Under the pieces are notes generated by a model. That model saw only the letters and a list, made by a program, of their open reading frames with translations, was not told the DNA's origin and ran no database searches. The position numbers and the translations under genes were made by a program. Shown here one piece after another: positions 16,001-24,266 of a stretch of DNA of 64,000 nucleotides; within the stretch, counting starts at the first letter, position 1; every line of letters starts with the position of its first letter. This stretch comes from a virus. The stretch is from the IMG/VR virus record IMGVR_UViG_3300030102_006261, positions 1 through 64,000 of that record; one strand, 5' to 3'.

Positions 16001-16040
16001 GCAGGGGCTGGTAGAAATATCAGCCCCTGTCTTTTTTTTT
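16001..16040 (+). terminator. Intrinsic terminator
   Basis: GCAGGGGCTG/CAGCCCCTGT then T9; followed by TATAAATA at 16046-53. Confidence 0.9.
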
Positions 16041-16119
16041 ACTGATATAAATAATTGGGTAAATAGAAAATAATACACAAATGTCTTGTGTAATACTAAA
16101 GAAGATGATACAATAACAA

Positions 16120-16260
16120 ATGAGCGCAAAACATTCAGCCGGAAAGGGTGATAAATATCGCCCAATAGATTATAAAAAGTATGCAGAAAACTATGAAAAG
16201 ATTTTTTCTAAAAAAGTGAAAGGTAGAAAAAATGGAAACCAAGATCGTAAGACTAAGTAG
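16120..16260 (+). CDS. Small basic protein (46 aa)
   Basis: Not in ORF track; MSAKHSAGKGDKYRPIDYKKYAENYEKIF... Confidence 0.55.
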   Translation: MSAKHSAGKGDKYRPIDYKKYAENYEKIFSKKVKGRKNGNQDRKTK

Positions 16261-16573
16261 TGGTGAAGAAATCATTTGTAAAAGTGAAATGATTGATCGT
16301 GATGGAATTGAGTTTATCAAGATCAAGAACCCAGCAATTCTAGTTCCCGTTGGGGACGGACAGCTTGCGTTTGCACCATGGCTACCATATGGTGAAATCA
16401 GCAGCGGTGTTGAAATCGAAAAGAAGTTTATCGTTTTCACAATTAAGCCCCAGACAGAACTTTCAAATCAGTACAATGAAACCGTGGGTAACGGTATTGT
16501 TGTTCCAAGTCAGGGTCAACTCACTCCGGCTGGTGCTGGATCTCCGAGTTCTCTGAAGATCAGTGGCTCTTAA
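16232..16573 (+). CDS. Conserved T4-like small beta-barrel (Sm/SH3-like) protein
   Basis: KIVRLSSGEEII..., FAPWLPY; N-terminus resembles 58043 protein. Confidence 0.65.
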   Translation: METKIVRLSSGEEIICKSEMIDRDGIEFIKIKNPAILVPVGDGQLAFAPWLPYGEISSGVEIEKKFIVFTIKPQTELSNQYNETVGNGIVVPSQGQLTPAGAGSPSSLKISGS

Positions 16574-16587
16574 TTAAGGATTAGACA

Positions 16588-16725
16588 ATGGCTAAGCAGA
16601 CTGCTCAGTATTCTAAGCACGTAAACAATATGATGAAAGTTGGTAGCCCTCGTTCCTCTAAGAGGAAGAAGGGTAATGCACCAGCAAGAACTTCTAAGTC
16701 CGGAAGCGGAAGGAAGATTCGATAA
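16588..16725 (+). CDS. Small very basic protein (45 aa)
   Basis: Not in ORF track; AAGGA RBS; MAKQTAQYSKHVNNMMKVGSPRSSKRKKG... Confidence 0.55.
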   Translation: MAKQTAQYSKHVNNMMKVGSPRSSKRKKGNAPARTSKSGSGRKIR

Positions 16726-16731
16726 ATTATT

Positions 16732-16805
16732 GCGGGCGTAGCTCAGTTGGATAGAGCAGCGGACTTCTAATCCGCAGGTCGAAAGTTCAAGTCTTTCCGC
16801 CCGTG
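16732..16805 (+). tRNA. tRNA-Arg(UCU)
   Basis: GCGGA-CTTCTAA-TCCGC anticodon arm; canonical cloverleaf; no CCA. Confidence 0.95.
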
Positions 16806-16812
16806 TTATACC

Positions 16813-17181
16813 ATGAATCAACGCAAATTTAAAAAACTCGCTGAGATCGCATTGCCCCATGCGCTCCAGAGCAACAGACAAAAGAAACATGTCTCGTTGA
16901 TCATAGTTCGCAATAGGGTAATTTCAGTTGGAACTAATCAACTAAAGTCTCATCCACAAGCGAAGAAGATTGGTTATAGATATGATGAAGTTCATTCGGA
17001 GTTGGACGCACTGCTTCGTTGCAAAGAGAGAAAGAATCTTGAATTGGTTAACTTTAGGTTTAACAGGTTTGGGGATTTTCGTTTATCTCGCCCTTGTTCT
17101 CTTTGTAGCCCATGGTGTAAGATGATGTTTGACAAAATTTACTACACGACCCGTGAGGGTTATGAAAGGTTGGAATTTTAA
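16813..17181 (+). CDS. Cytidine/dCMP deaminase-like zinc enzyme
   Basis: HSELDAL and SRPCSLC zinc motifs. Confidence 0.8.
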   Translation: MNQRKFKKLAEIALPHALQSNRQKKHVSLIIVRNRVISVGTNQLKSHPQAKKIGYRYDEVHSELDALLRCKERKNLELVNFRFNRFGDFRLSRPCSLCSPWCKMMFDKIYYTTREGYERLEF

Positions 17182-17387
17182 TGAAAACTTTTATGCTATT
17201 ACAAGAAGTAATTCATATCCCAAGCAATAAAAAGGCGACTGTGATCTCAACAAAACTTGATCACTCGGGTAATCAATTGATTGAAGTTAAGTACGAAAAT
17301 GGAACAACTGGATGGTCAACACCAGACAGCCTAACTACTTTTATTCAGGATGCTGTCGAGTACGATGGTGAATTTTTGTCTGATTGA
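17181..17387 (+). CDS. Hypothetical protein
   Basis: TAATG coupling. Confidence 0.6.
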   Translation: MKTFMLLQEVIHIPSNKKATVISTKLDHSGNQLIEVKYENGTTGWSTPDSLTTFIQDAVEYDGEFLSD

Positions 17388-17391
17388 TATA

Positions 17392-17420
17392 TTGACTACA
17401 CGTAGTTAATCTGATATAAT
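17392..17420 (+). promoter_or_regulatory. Sigma70-type promoter TTGACT-17-TATAAT for tRNA-Leu
   Basis: 8 nt upstream of the tRNA. Confidence 0.8.
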
Positions 17421-17428
17421 ATACACAT

Positions 17429-17513
17429 GGCTCTGTGGCGGAATTGGCAGACGCAACGGACTTAAAATCCGTCGAGGGTAAACCTCATGGGGGTTCGAGT
17501 CCCCCCGGAGCTA
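17429..17513 (+). tRNA. tRNA-Leu(UAA)
   Basis: ACGGA-CTTAAAA-TCCGT, long variable arm GAGG-GTAAA-CCTC; no CCA. Confidence 0.95.
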
Positions 17514-17538
17514 TTATAAATATGGTCAAGGAGATCCC

Positions 17539-17889
17539 ATGACCGATAACGAATCATTCATAGAAGATTTTGATTTTGGTATTTCTTTCGCTGATTCCAG
17601 TGAAGTAAATGTCACTGACAATCAAGATGCTGAAATCAGCGCACTAGAAACAAAAATCGAAGACGTTCTGTCTAAAATTGAAAATCTATCCACTGGATCA
17701 GATGTTGATGAGTATAAAGCTTTACTGGATGAACAGTATAAACAAAAGCTTACCAAGCTTGAGTTGATGATCATACCGCTTCTTAACAATCTTAAAAAGA
17801 ATCCAGATAAAGAATATATCTTTTGGCCAAATAGAACATCAGTTATTGATGATCAAATTGAAAAGATAAAAGATGTAACTAGAGGCTAA
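17539..17889 (+). CDS. Conserved T4-like hypothetical protein
   Basis: DFDFGISF...PLLNNLKKNPDKEYIFWPNR; TATAAATA at 17515-22 and AGGAG RBS. Confidence 0.75.
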   Translation: MTDNESFIEDFDFGISFADSSEVNVTDNQDAEISALETKIEDVLSKIENLSTGSDVDEYKALLDEQYKQKLTKLELMIIPLLNNLKKNPDKEYIFWPNRTSVIDDQIEKIKDVTRG

Positions 17890-19265
17890 TAACCACCAGC
17901 GGAGCCGTCTAGTGGATTTCGAGTAGAACGCGATCTTGGATCGTCATTAACATTTGTTGGATTCACTAAAGTGAATTCTTCGTTCATGAAGGACACCTGA
18001 TTTGCCGTAACTATTGCCTGTGCATCATACTCGGGATAACTAACGGTATATTGTGGTGGAATCGAAGAAGGTCCTGCTATTCTTTGATCATAGATTGAAT
18101 ACGTACCATCTATTTTTAGTTCCCCACCCATGTTGCGTTTACTTTCAGAGAAGTAATATATCACAGAATTTTTTATAAATCTGGGCTCAAAGATGAACAT
18201 ATTTGCCTCTGTTCGTGGAAAGCTAACACCATCAAGAATAAACACTGATTGACCTCTTCTACTCCTAGAGGGAGTGAAAAGGCCGTCTCTAATATTAGAC
18301 AACCTAAATGGATAACCTCTATTATTATTGCCCCGATAATTACTTGGATCAGTGCAATCAAAGATGTATGTTATACCTCTTTGCAAGGTTATCTGTGGAT
18401 CGCGAACACCATTTATCATGAAATAGTAATCATCATTTTCTTGTCCCACAGTAATTTTTAAAGTTTGTATATTTACATAAGTGTTGCTACTGGTGTCATT
18501 TCTACTATGACCTTGATCCCTATACAAATTAATTTCTGAGGTTATCCCTATTCGGTTTTCATCACTAGCGGCGGTGTTGCCTAGTATGACAACTTCTGTT
18601 CCGTTGGGGTCAAGATAAAAATCTTCAACTTTAAATGCATTCGAGTTTAATGTGCTGTTAGATATCGTCACATAGTCATCCACTCGTAAATCCATACTAG
18701 TAAAGGATGGTAATGATTCGGTGCCAAGATAGTTTTTTATCGCAAATTGCTCTCTACCATTATTTGCCGTCCCTAGAAGATTTATTTGTGGAACGTCAGC
18801 AAAATATTCAGATGAGTAACGCACCACTCCAGATGGAATATTTGCTAAGGTGTCAAACGTGGCTTTAATCAAAGTATCTCGGAATATACCCTCAAATGTA
18901 TATGTCCCAGATATATCAGCATATTCCTCTGTATTTGGATCATAATATTCACCATTGGTTATGGTGAATGTGTTACCAGAAGTTAAAGTGTCTGATATTG
19001 CCTTTATGTAATTTAAGTCTTTATTTATTTGACTTGAACCAAAGTCTATTACAGCGGTGTTTCCGGTAATGACAACTTCTGGTGTTGATGAGGTTCTTTG
19101 ATCAAAGTCTAAAAAATCTCCGATTGCATCACCAACTTTTAATCCATAAAAATTACCACCTGTGACTAGGGTATATGAGAAAAAATCGGCTGTACCAGTT
19201 CTTTTGAACTGGGTGTTGCTACTTCGTACAAACTTGTTTTTACTTTTTAGACGTTGACGCGCCAT
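17886..19265 (-). CDS. Probable virion structural protein
   Basis: Beta-rich; C-terminal L.RG.TY.FD..D.SN...PFRLS...IYYF...MGG cupredoxin-like pattern. Confidence 0.6.
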   Translation of the reverse strand: MARQRLKSKNKFVRSSNTQFKRTGTADFFSYTLVTGGNFYGLKVGDAIGDFLDFDQRTSSTPEVVITGNTAVIDFGSSQINKDLNYIKAISDTLTSGNTFTITNGEYYDPNTEEYADISGTYTFEGIFRDTLIKATFDTLANIPSGVVRYSSEYFADVPQINLLGTANNGREQFAIKNYLGTESLPSFTSMDLRVDDYVTISNSTLNSNAFKVEDFYLDPNGTEVVILGNTAASDENRIGITSEINLYRDQGHSRNDTSSNTYVNIQTLKITVGQENDDYYFMINGVRDPQITLQRGITYIFDCTDPSNYRGNNNRGYPFRLSNIRDGLFTPSRSRRGQSVFILDGVSFPRTEANMFIFEPRFIKNSVIYYFSESKRNMGGELKIDGTYSIYDQRIAGPSSIPPQYTVSYPEYDAQAIVTANQVSFMNEEFTLVNPTNVNDDPRSRSTRNPLDGSAGGY

Positions 19266-19268
19266 TCA

Positions 19269-20648
19269 TCATGATCCATGGAAAAATACATTTTGAGTAT
19301 TTGTTGAATTAGTGAAAACAAACACCTTGTTGAAATTGTCACATTCAATAAACATTGTTTCAGAGGCTTCCAGTGGATATCCGCTTGCAATGGCATCTGT
19401 TCCACCAGTTGCGGCAACATAGATGTAATCACCGTTGAATGGTGATGCCTTGATGTTGACACCTGTGTGTAGTTGTATTGAATTATTTCCAGTTACACCA
19501 TTTATGTTTGCAGATGCTAGGAAGGTAGCACCATCACCACCGCTTGGCACTATCATTGTACCGAAGTACACATTACTTGGTTTAATTTCTCTGGTTACAG
19601 TTGTGAGGACGACATTCGCTCCAGATGCTCCATGGTTTTCAAACTCAGCGGTTCCTCCGGTTATAGCACTACCCAGACCAGTAAATCCTAGACCTTCACC
19701 ACCAAGCTGGTTTATTAGTGTGTTCAATTTGGTGTCGATGACACTACCACCTGTTAGTGCAGTTACTAAGAGAGTATCATTAATATCCATCCGCTTAGTG
19801 CCAGCTAGTGTGACATTTAGTATGTTACCCGTTCCGGTAACAACTTCCAACGCACCACCTTGCTCACCTTTGATTGTGACACTATCCCCAGATGCACCCT
19901 GAATTCTTAATGGTCCCTGATCTGCGTTTGTGATACCAACTGTAATACCAACCGAAACCGAGAATGTCAGCCCCGCGTTAACAACGTTAACATTCATGGC
20001 ATCCCCGGAGTGACCAATTGTTGATCCATCACCCGCGAATAGTTTAGTAAGAACCTTTCCACCTAAATCCGAACCAAAAACTGCAACAGAATCCGTCGCT
20101 GGTGATAATCTAGCAAATCCAACTGTGCTACCGATGACTTGCACCGAGTCTGTGGTGTAGTCTAACTTACTACCACCTGTTATTTCAATTGGTGTTCCGT
20201 TTGTTATACCCTGAATTCGTGGTGCTCTCTCTAGTGTGTCTGAAATGATCAGAACGTCACCAGTCACAGCGACTGGGTATGCACCAGAAAATCCTTGAAT
20301 AGTTCCTGTAATTCCTACTGGATTTCCTAGTGTATCACCAGCTACTGCCAGATACATTACGGTTGCACCAGAGGCTCCACCACCAATATGGGCATTTGCG
20401 ATATAGAAATTACCTGTGCCGTTAATCTCACCACCAGAGATTCCAACGTTAGATGGAGCACCATAAATGGATACAGGTAGAGGATATGTTCCACTTACTC
20501 TGTAGCCACTATTTTGGTCACCCCAGACAACTTTCATCATTTGTAGGTGAGCAGCACTTGCACCCACCAAGTTAGTTCCATAATCGGTGGCTAAGTCAGC
20601 CGTTGTTCCTACTGTTTGTATAACAATGTTTGATGTAGTATCTGCCAT
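19269..20648 (-). CDS. Probable virion fibre/decoration protein
   Basis: G/T/V-rich with many GxTG motifs; palindromic TATTATATATAATA (20667-80) upstream. Confidence 0.65.
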   Translation of the reverse strand: MADTTSNIVIQTVGTTADLATDYGTNLVGASAAHLQMMKVVWGDQNSGYRVSGTYPLPVSIYGAPSNVGISGGEINGTGNFYIANAHIGGGASGATVMYLAVAGDTLGNPVGITGTIQGFSGAYPVAVTGDVLIISDTLERAPRIQGITNGTPIEITGGSKLDYTTDSVQVIGSTVGFARLSPATDSVAVFGSDLGGKVLTKLFAGDGSTIGHSGDAMNVNVVNAGLTFSVSVGITVGITNADQGPLRIQGASGDSVTIKGEQGGALEVVTGTGNILNVTLAGTKRMDINDTLLVTALTGGSVIDTKLNTLINQLGGEGLGFTGLGSAITGGTAEFENHGASGANVVLTTVTREIKPSNVYFGTMIVPSGGDGATFLASANINGVTGNNSIQLHTGVNIKASPFNGDYIYVAATGGTDAIASGYPLEASETMFIECDNFNKVFVFTNSTNTQNVFFHGS

Positions 20649-20692
20649 TTTTTATCTCCGGATTCCTATTATATATAATAGAAAGATCTATC

Positions 20693-20720
20693 TTGATTTA
20701 TATTGAATTGTTTTTATAAT
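20693..20720 (+). promoter_or_regulatory. Sigma70-type promoter TTGATT-16-TATAAT
   Basis: Upstream of gp33 RBS AAGGAG. Confidence 0.75.
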
Positions 20721-20737
20721 GAGCTAAAGGAGACACA

Positions 20738-20965
20738 ATGATAATCACAGATGAGGCAAAAAGAAAATTTTCCAAGGATGTAGAAAACCATGTTATTTAC
20801 AGAGGCGGAAGATATATTGATGCCGTTTTAAAAAAGTGTGACGATTACGATATAGAACCTCAAGTTGCGGCTAAACTCATCTCCAGACCAATAGTTGAAA
20901 AGCTCCAAATAGAAGGTCAAGATATCAATCTGGTACCAAAGCAAAAAAACAAACTTCCCATTTGA
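20738..20965 (+). CDS. gp33: Late transcription coactivator
   Basis: KFS..VE...YIDAVL..C....IEP..AAKLIS..I.EKL..E...NL. Confidence 0.8.
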   Translation: MIITDEAKRKFSKDVENHVIYRGGRYIDAVLKKCDDYDIEPQVAAKLISRPIVEKLQIEGQDINLVPKQKNKLPI

Positions 20966-20989
20966 CATATGGGATTTTTAAGTTATAAT
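20962..20989 (+). promoter_or_regulatory. Sigma70-type promoter TTGACA-16-TATAAT for gp32
   Basis: Consensus hexamers. Confidence 0.9.
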
Positions 20990-20998
20990 AACACAAGT

Positions 20999-21043
20999 TC
21001 TGGGGAGTTCCCAGAGTTACTCATGTCCGAGGGAGTTCCTCGG
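20999..21043 (+). promoter_or_regulatory. Twin GAGUU-loop hairpins in gp32 leader
   Basis: TCTGGG-GAGTT-CCCAGA and CCGAGG-GAGTT-CCTCGG. Confidence 0.7.
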
Positions 21044-21065
21044 GGAAAAAAGAAAGGTTACGAAT

Positions 21066-21932
21066 ATGAGTTCATTTGATGATTTCAAGAAGAAGTCACG
21101 ATCAAGCATTGATGATCTGACTAAGGCACTAGAAGAAACCAGCGGAGCGACCAAGTCCTACAAGGACGAACGTTTCTGGCGTCCAGAACTGGACAAGGCT
21201 AGTAACGGTTTTGCTGTCATTCGCTTCCTCCCAACACCTCCAAACGAAGAGCTTCCATTCGCGAAGTTGTATTCTCATGGATTCCAAGGTAAGGGTGGTT
21301 GGTATATTGAAAACTCTCGCACCACTCTTGGAGAGAAGGATCCTGTTTCAGAAATGAACAGCGAACTTTGGAACAGTGGTATCGAGTCAGATAAGGATAT
21401 CGCGAGAACTCGCAAGCGTAAGCTTCAGTATATCTCGAACATCCTCGTCATCAGCGATCCCGCAAACCCACAGAATGAGGGTAAGGTTTTCCTTTACAAG
21501 TATGGTAAGAAGATCTTTGATAAGATCCAAGAGGCAGCACAGCCAGAGTTTGCTGATGAAGAAGCAGTCGATGTATTTAACTTCTGGGATGGAGCAAATT
21601 TCAAGTTGAAGGTTCGTCGTGTTGCTGGATTTATCAACTACGATAAGTCTGAGTTTGACTCCGCTGCCCCACTTTTCGAGGGTGATGACAATAAGCTCGA
21701 AGAGCTTTGGAACAAGCAGTACTCCCTTACTGCGTTCACTGATTCATCTAACTTTAAGTCTTATGAAGAACTGAAGATTCGACTTCAGGAAGTAATTGGT
21801 GAAGATATTCGTTCAACTGAGTCCAGAACCTCGACGGTTGAAGATGTCAGCAGTTCTGATGTCAACACTATCGATGACTCAAAGGACGAAACTGACGCTC
21901 TGTCTTACTTTGAAAAGCTCTCTCAGGATTAA
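21066..21932 (+). CDS. gp32: Single-stranded DNA-binding protein
   Basis: DERFWRP..DK..NG.AVIRFLP, WYIENS.TTLG, KYGKKIFDKI, acidic tail. Confidence 0.97.
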   Translation: MSSFDDFKKKSRSSIDDLTKALEETSGATKSYKDERFWRPELDKASNGFAVIRFLPTPPNEELPFAKLYSHGFQGKGGWYIENSRTTLGEKDPVSEMNSELWNSGIESDKDIARTRKRKLQYISNILVISDPANPQNEGKVFLYKYGKKIFDKIQEAAQPEFADEEAVDVFNFWDGANFKLKVRRVAGFINYDKSEFDSAAPLFEGDDNKLEELWNKQYSLTAFTDSSNFKSYEELKIRLQEVIGEDIRSTESRTSTVEDVSSSDVNTIDDSKDETDALSYFEKLSQD

Positions 21933-21948
21933 TTGAAAGGTTTATACT

Positions 21949-22113
21949 ATGTTTGAGAAGATTCTTTATATTGCAGCCCTAGTTTCAATCTTCCTGTCTG
22001 TTTGGATTTATCAGACAGATCAGACACTTGGGACGTTCATTGGGCTTTGGGTACCCACTCTTCTTCTTCTTGGTAAGAATTACCCGTGGGGCAATAACAA
22101 CAGTAACTGGTGA
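21949..22113 (+). CDS. Small two-TM membrane protein (54 aa)
   Basis: Not in ORF track; GAAAGG RBS; MFEKILYIAALVSIFLSVW...GTFIGLWVPT. Confidence 0.6.
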   Translation: MFEKILYIAALVSIFLSVWIYQTDQTLGTFIGLWVPTLLLLGKNYPWGNNNSNW

Positions 22114-22129
22114 TTAATCAGTATATTGT

Positions 22130-22816
22130 TTACCCATGATGCGTCCTCCACTCGGGGGGCGCATTTTTTCTAGTAAGCTTTCTTGATGACGCGGTATTTG
22201 TTGCTAAAGGCTCAGGAACTTCAAAATCAAAACTGTCACTACCAGATGGAGCTATTGACATTGCATTTTCTGTTGCTGTTCCAGGTCTCGGTTGGGATTG
22301 CATGTAATTTGGATTTTTTAAATCAAAAGATAGCTGTTTATTAACTTGAAGATTTTTACTTGTTTCAACTGTAAGTGTTTCATTAGTTGCCATGTTTTCT
22401 AGTGGGTTTACGGGAGCACTCATTTGCCCGGTAGGGTTAGGATCTGAGTTTGAAACCTCCATCTTTTCTGGTAGTGGATTTACTCTACCCTCATTCATAA
22501 AATCAATCGCATCTGGGGTAGGGTTGATGTTACCCTCTTGAACTTCCAAAGGTTGTGGAGATGGATTTACTCTACCTTCGGGTATTGTAACTTCACTTAA
22601 GGTTTTAGTGTTTGTGGTAATTGTCCTATCGACAGATGCTTCATCTGCCGGATCTATATCGGGGACAAAGCTATTTACGTTAATATCACTGAAGGAAGTC
22701 TGATTGGAATCACTTAACATATTTTCCACATTGTACAATGATATCATATTTTCTTTTGATTGTTTTGGATCAAATATATCATCTTCATCTATTTTGTTGA
22801 AACCAAACTCTTCCAT
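22130..22816 (-). CDS. Hypothetical Pro/Asn-rich protein at the tape-measure position
   Basis: Follows gp26/gp51; ~14-15-aa repeats EGRVNP/EGNINP/EGRVNP. Confidence 0.6.
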   Translation of the reverse strand: MEEFGFNKIDEDDIFDPKQSKENMISLYNVENMLSDSNQTSFSDINVNSFVPDIDPADEASVDRTITTNTKTLSEVTIPEGRVNPSPQPLEVQEGNINPTPDAIDFMNEGRVNPLPEKMEVSNSDPNPTGQMSAPVNPLENMATNETLTVETSKNLQVNKQLSFDLKNPNYMQSQPRPGTATENAMSIAPSGSDSFDFEVPEPLATNTASSRKLTRKNAPPEWRTHHG

Positions 22817-22817
22817 C

Positions 22818-23012
22818 TCAATTCCTTTCGGCTAGTTTTTGTTGTATCTTCATGTTTTCTTCGACTATGGTTGCCCTCAATAATGCTAAATAAATTTCTT
22901 TTTCCCAAGGAATCAAATTTTCTAATTCAGTTAAGCTGTAACCGTGAGTGTGTATTAGTTGAAAATTTAATATGAAAAAATCTGTTAAATTTATATGGCT
23001 GAGGGAAAGCAA
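22818..23012 (-). CDS. gp51: Baseplate hub assembly protein gp51-like (probable -1 frameshift extension of gp26)
   Basis: NF.L...H.YSLTELENLIPWEKEIY; only a TTG start lying in the T8 run, no usable ATG. Confidence 0.75.
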   Translation of the reverse strand: MLSLSHINLTDFFILNFQLIHTHGYSLTELENLIPWEKEIYLALLRATIVEENMKIQQKLAERN

Positions 23013-23704
23013 AAAAAATCAAATAGACCTCTCACTAAAAGTGACTTCTGTTCTCCTGATTTTGTAGTGTACTTAAGGTTGTGCTCATATCTTGCCGTTT
23101 TATTATTTTCGCTTATTAGTTTTTTGTATTCTACTGGTAGTAAGTTATCTATGATGTCGGACTTTTGTTTTTTTGTCAAGGACTTGCAGTCGATTACCTG
23201 TGAAGGTGTTTCTATTTTGGAGAGCAAAAAGACTATTTCATCAAACTTACTATTCAACGTGGAAAAGCTCCGTTTGAAGTCACCGAACGTATAGTCTCTG
23301 AATTCAAAGTTCTTTTGTGTGGATAGCTTTATGTTTTTTTTATTAGTATTAGAAGTTGGCTTAATGTCGTCCAAATTCAAACTAACCTTTATATTCTCCC
23401 CAGTCTCGGGGCACTTAAAATTTAAGTCTACCACTTCACCGATTGAATTTTTTCTTAACTCTAAAAATAGGTGCTCAACGTCAACAAGTGGTAGATTATC
23501 TATTTTAGTTAAGCTTGAGCAAGAGAGTATTACGTTCTCTATAGCTCTTAGTTGATCTTCTTTTTTTCCATTTTGCTTTGCGACCAGTAGCACCTTTTCC
23601 TCTTTGACAAGAAAGGGTCTATATTTAACAATCTTTTTTGATTTTGGTAACTTAGTCTCGTGTTCAGGTATTTCAGATCTTATTAGTGATGTATAATCAG
23701 TCAT
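22991..23704 (-). CDS. gp26: Baseplate hub subunit/chaperone
   Basis: KYRPFLVKEEKVLL, DVE.LFL.LR..SIGE.V, C-terminal GLFDFF. Confidence 0.9.
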   Translation of the reverse strand: MTDYTSLIRSEIPEHETKLPKSKKIVKYRPFLVKEEKVLLVAKQNGKKEDQLRAIENVILSCSSLTKIDNLPLVDVEHLFLELRKNSIGEVVDLNFKCPETGENIKVSLNLDDIKPTSNTNKKNIKLSTQKNFEFRDYTFGDFKRSFSTLNSKFDEIVFLLSKIETPSQVIDCKSLTKKQKSDIIDNLLPVEYKKLISENNKTARYEHNLKYTTKSGEQKSLLVRGLFDFFCFPSAI

Positions 23705-23714
23705 TTATTCTCCA

Positions 23715-24263
23715 TTATCCAGGCATTTCAATTGAAGCACCGTTAAGTAAAATTTCATATTTTCTGTAACCAAAGTTTGCACTAAACGTAAACGGTACAA
23801 TTTCTTCCACGGGTTTCAAATCTATCGGATACAAAACTCTTGGATATGCCTCATGAAATACTACCTCTATTTCTGGTCTGCTTGAATCGTACCCGATTCG
23901 TACATGAAGCTTAGATGCCGCAGTTCCTTCCTCATAAAAAAAGTTAGGACCGCTATCAGTTGCAAAATACTCACTCCACCTGTTCACTAACTCATACGGA
24001 CTACCATTTACGTTTTTTGACATGAAAAAGTTTATGAACAAACCTTGAATGTAAGTTTTTCTTTCGGGAATATACTTGATTGGACCGGTAACATCCCTCT
24101 GTTCAATGGTATTCACATCAAATCCGGGTAAGGTAACTGAAAAAACAGGTAACGCTGTGATATTACCAACAGGAGAAAACATATCAACTATAAATTGGTT
24201 TTGCTTTAGATAACCATTGTTGAAAATACCTTGAGCTAGTTCTGTTGTTGGATTTAATGGCAT
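23715..24263 (-). CDS. Tail tube-like protein (gp54/gp19 family)
   Basis: N.F.V, SVTLPG, EAYP..L, F.Y.KY; position next to gp26. Confidence 0.7.
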   Translation of the reverse strand: MPLNPTTELAQGIFNNGYLKQNQFIVDMFSPVGNITALPVFSVTLPGFDVNTIEQRDVTGPIKYIPERKTYIQGLFINFFMSKNVNGSPYELVNRWSEYFATDSGPNFFYEEGTAASKLHVRIGYDSSRPEIEVVFHEAYPRVLYPIDLKPVEEIVPFTFSANFGYRKYEILLNGASIEMPG

Positions 24264-24266
24264 ATG

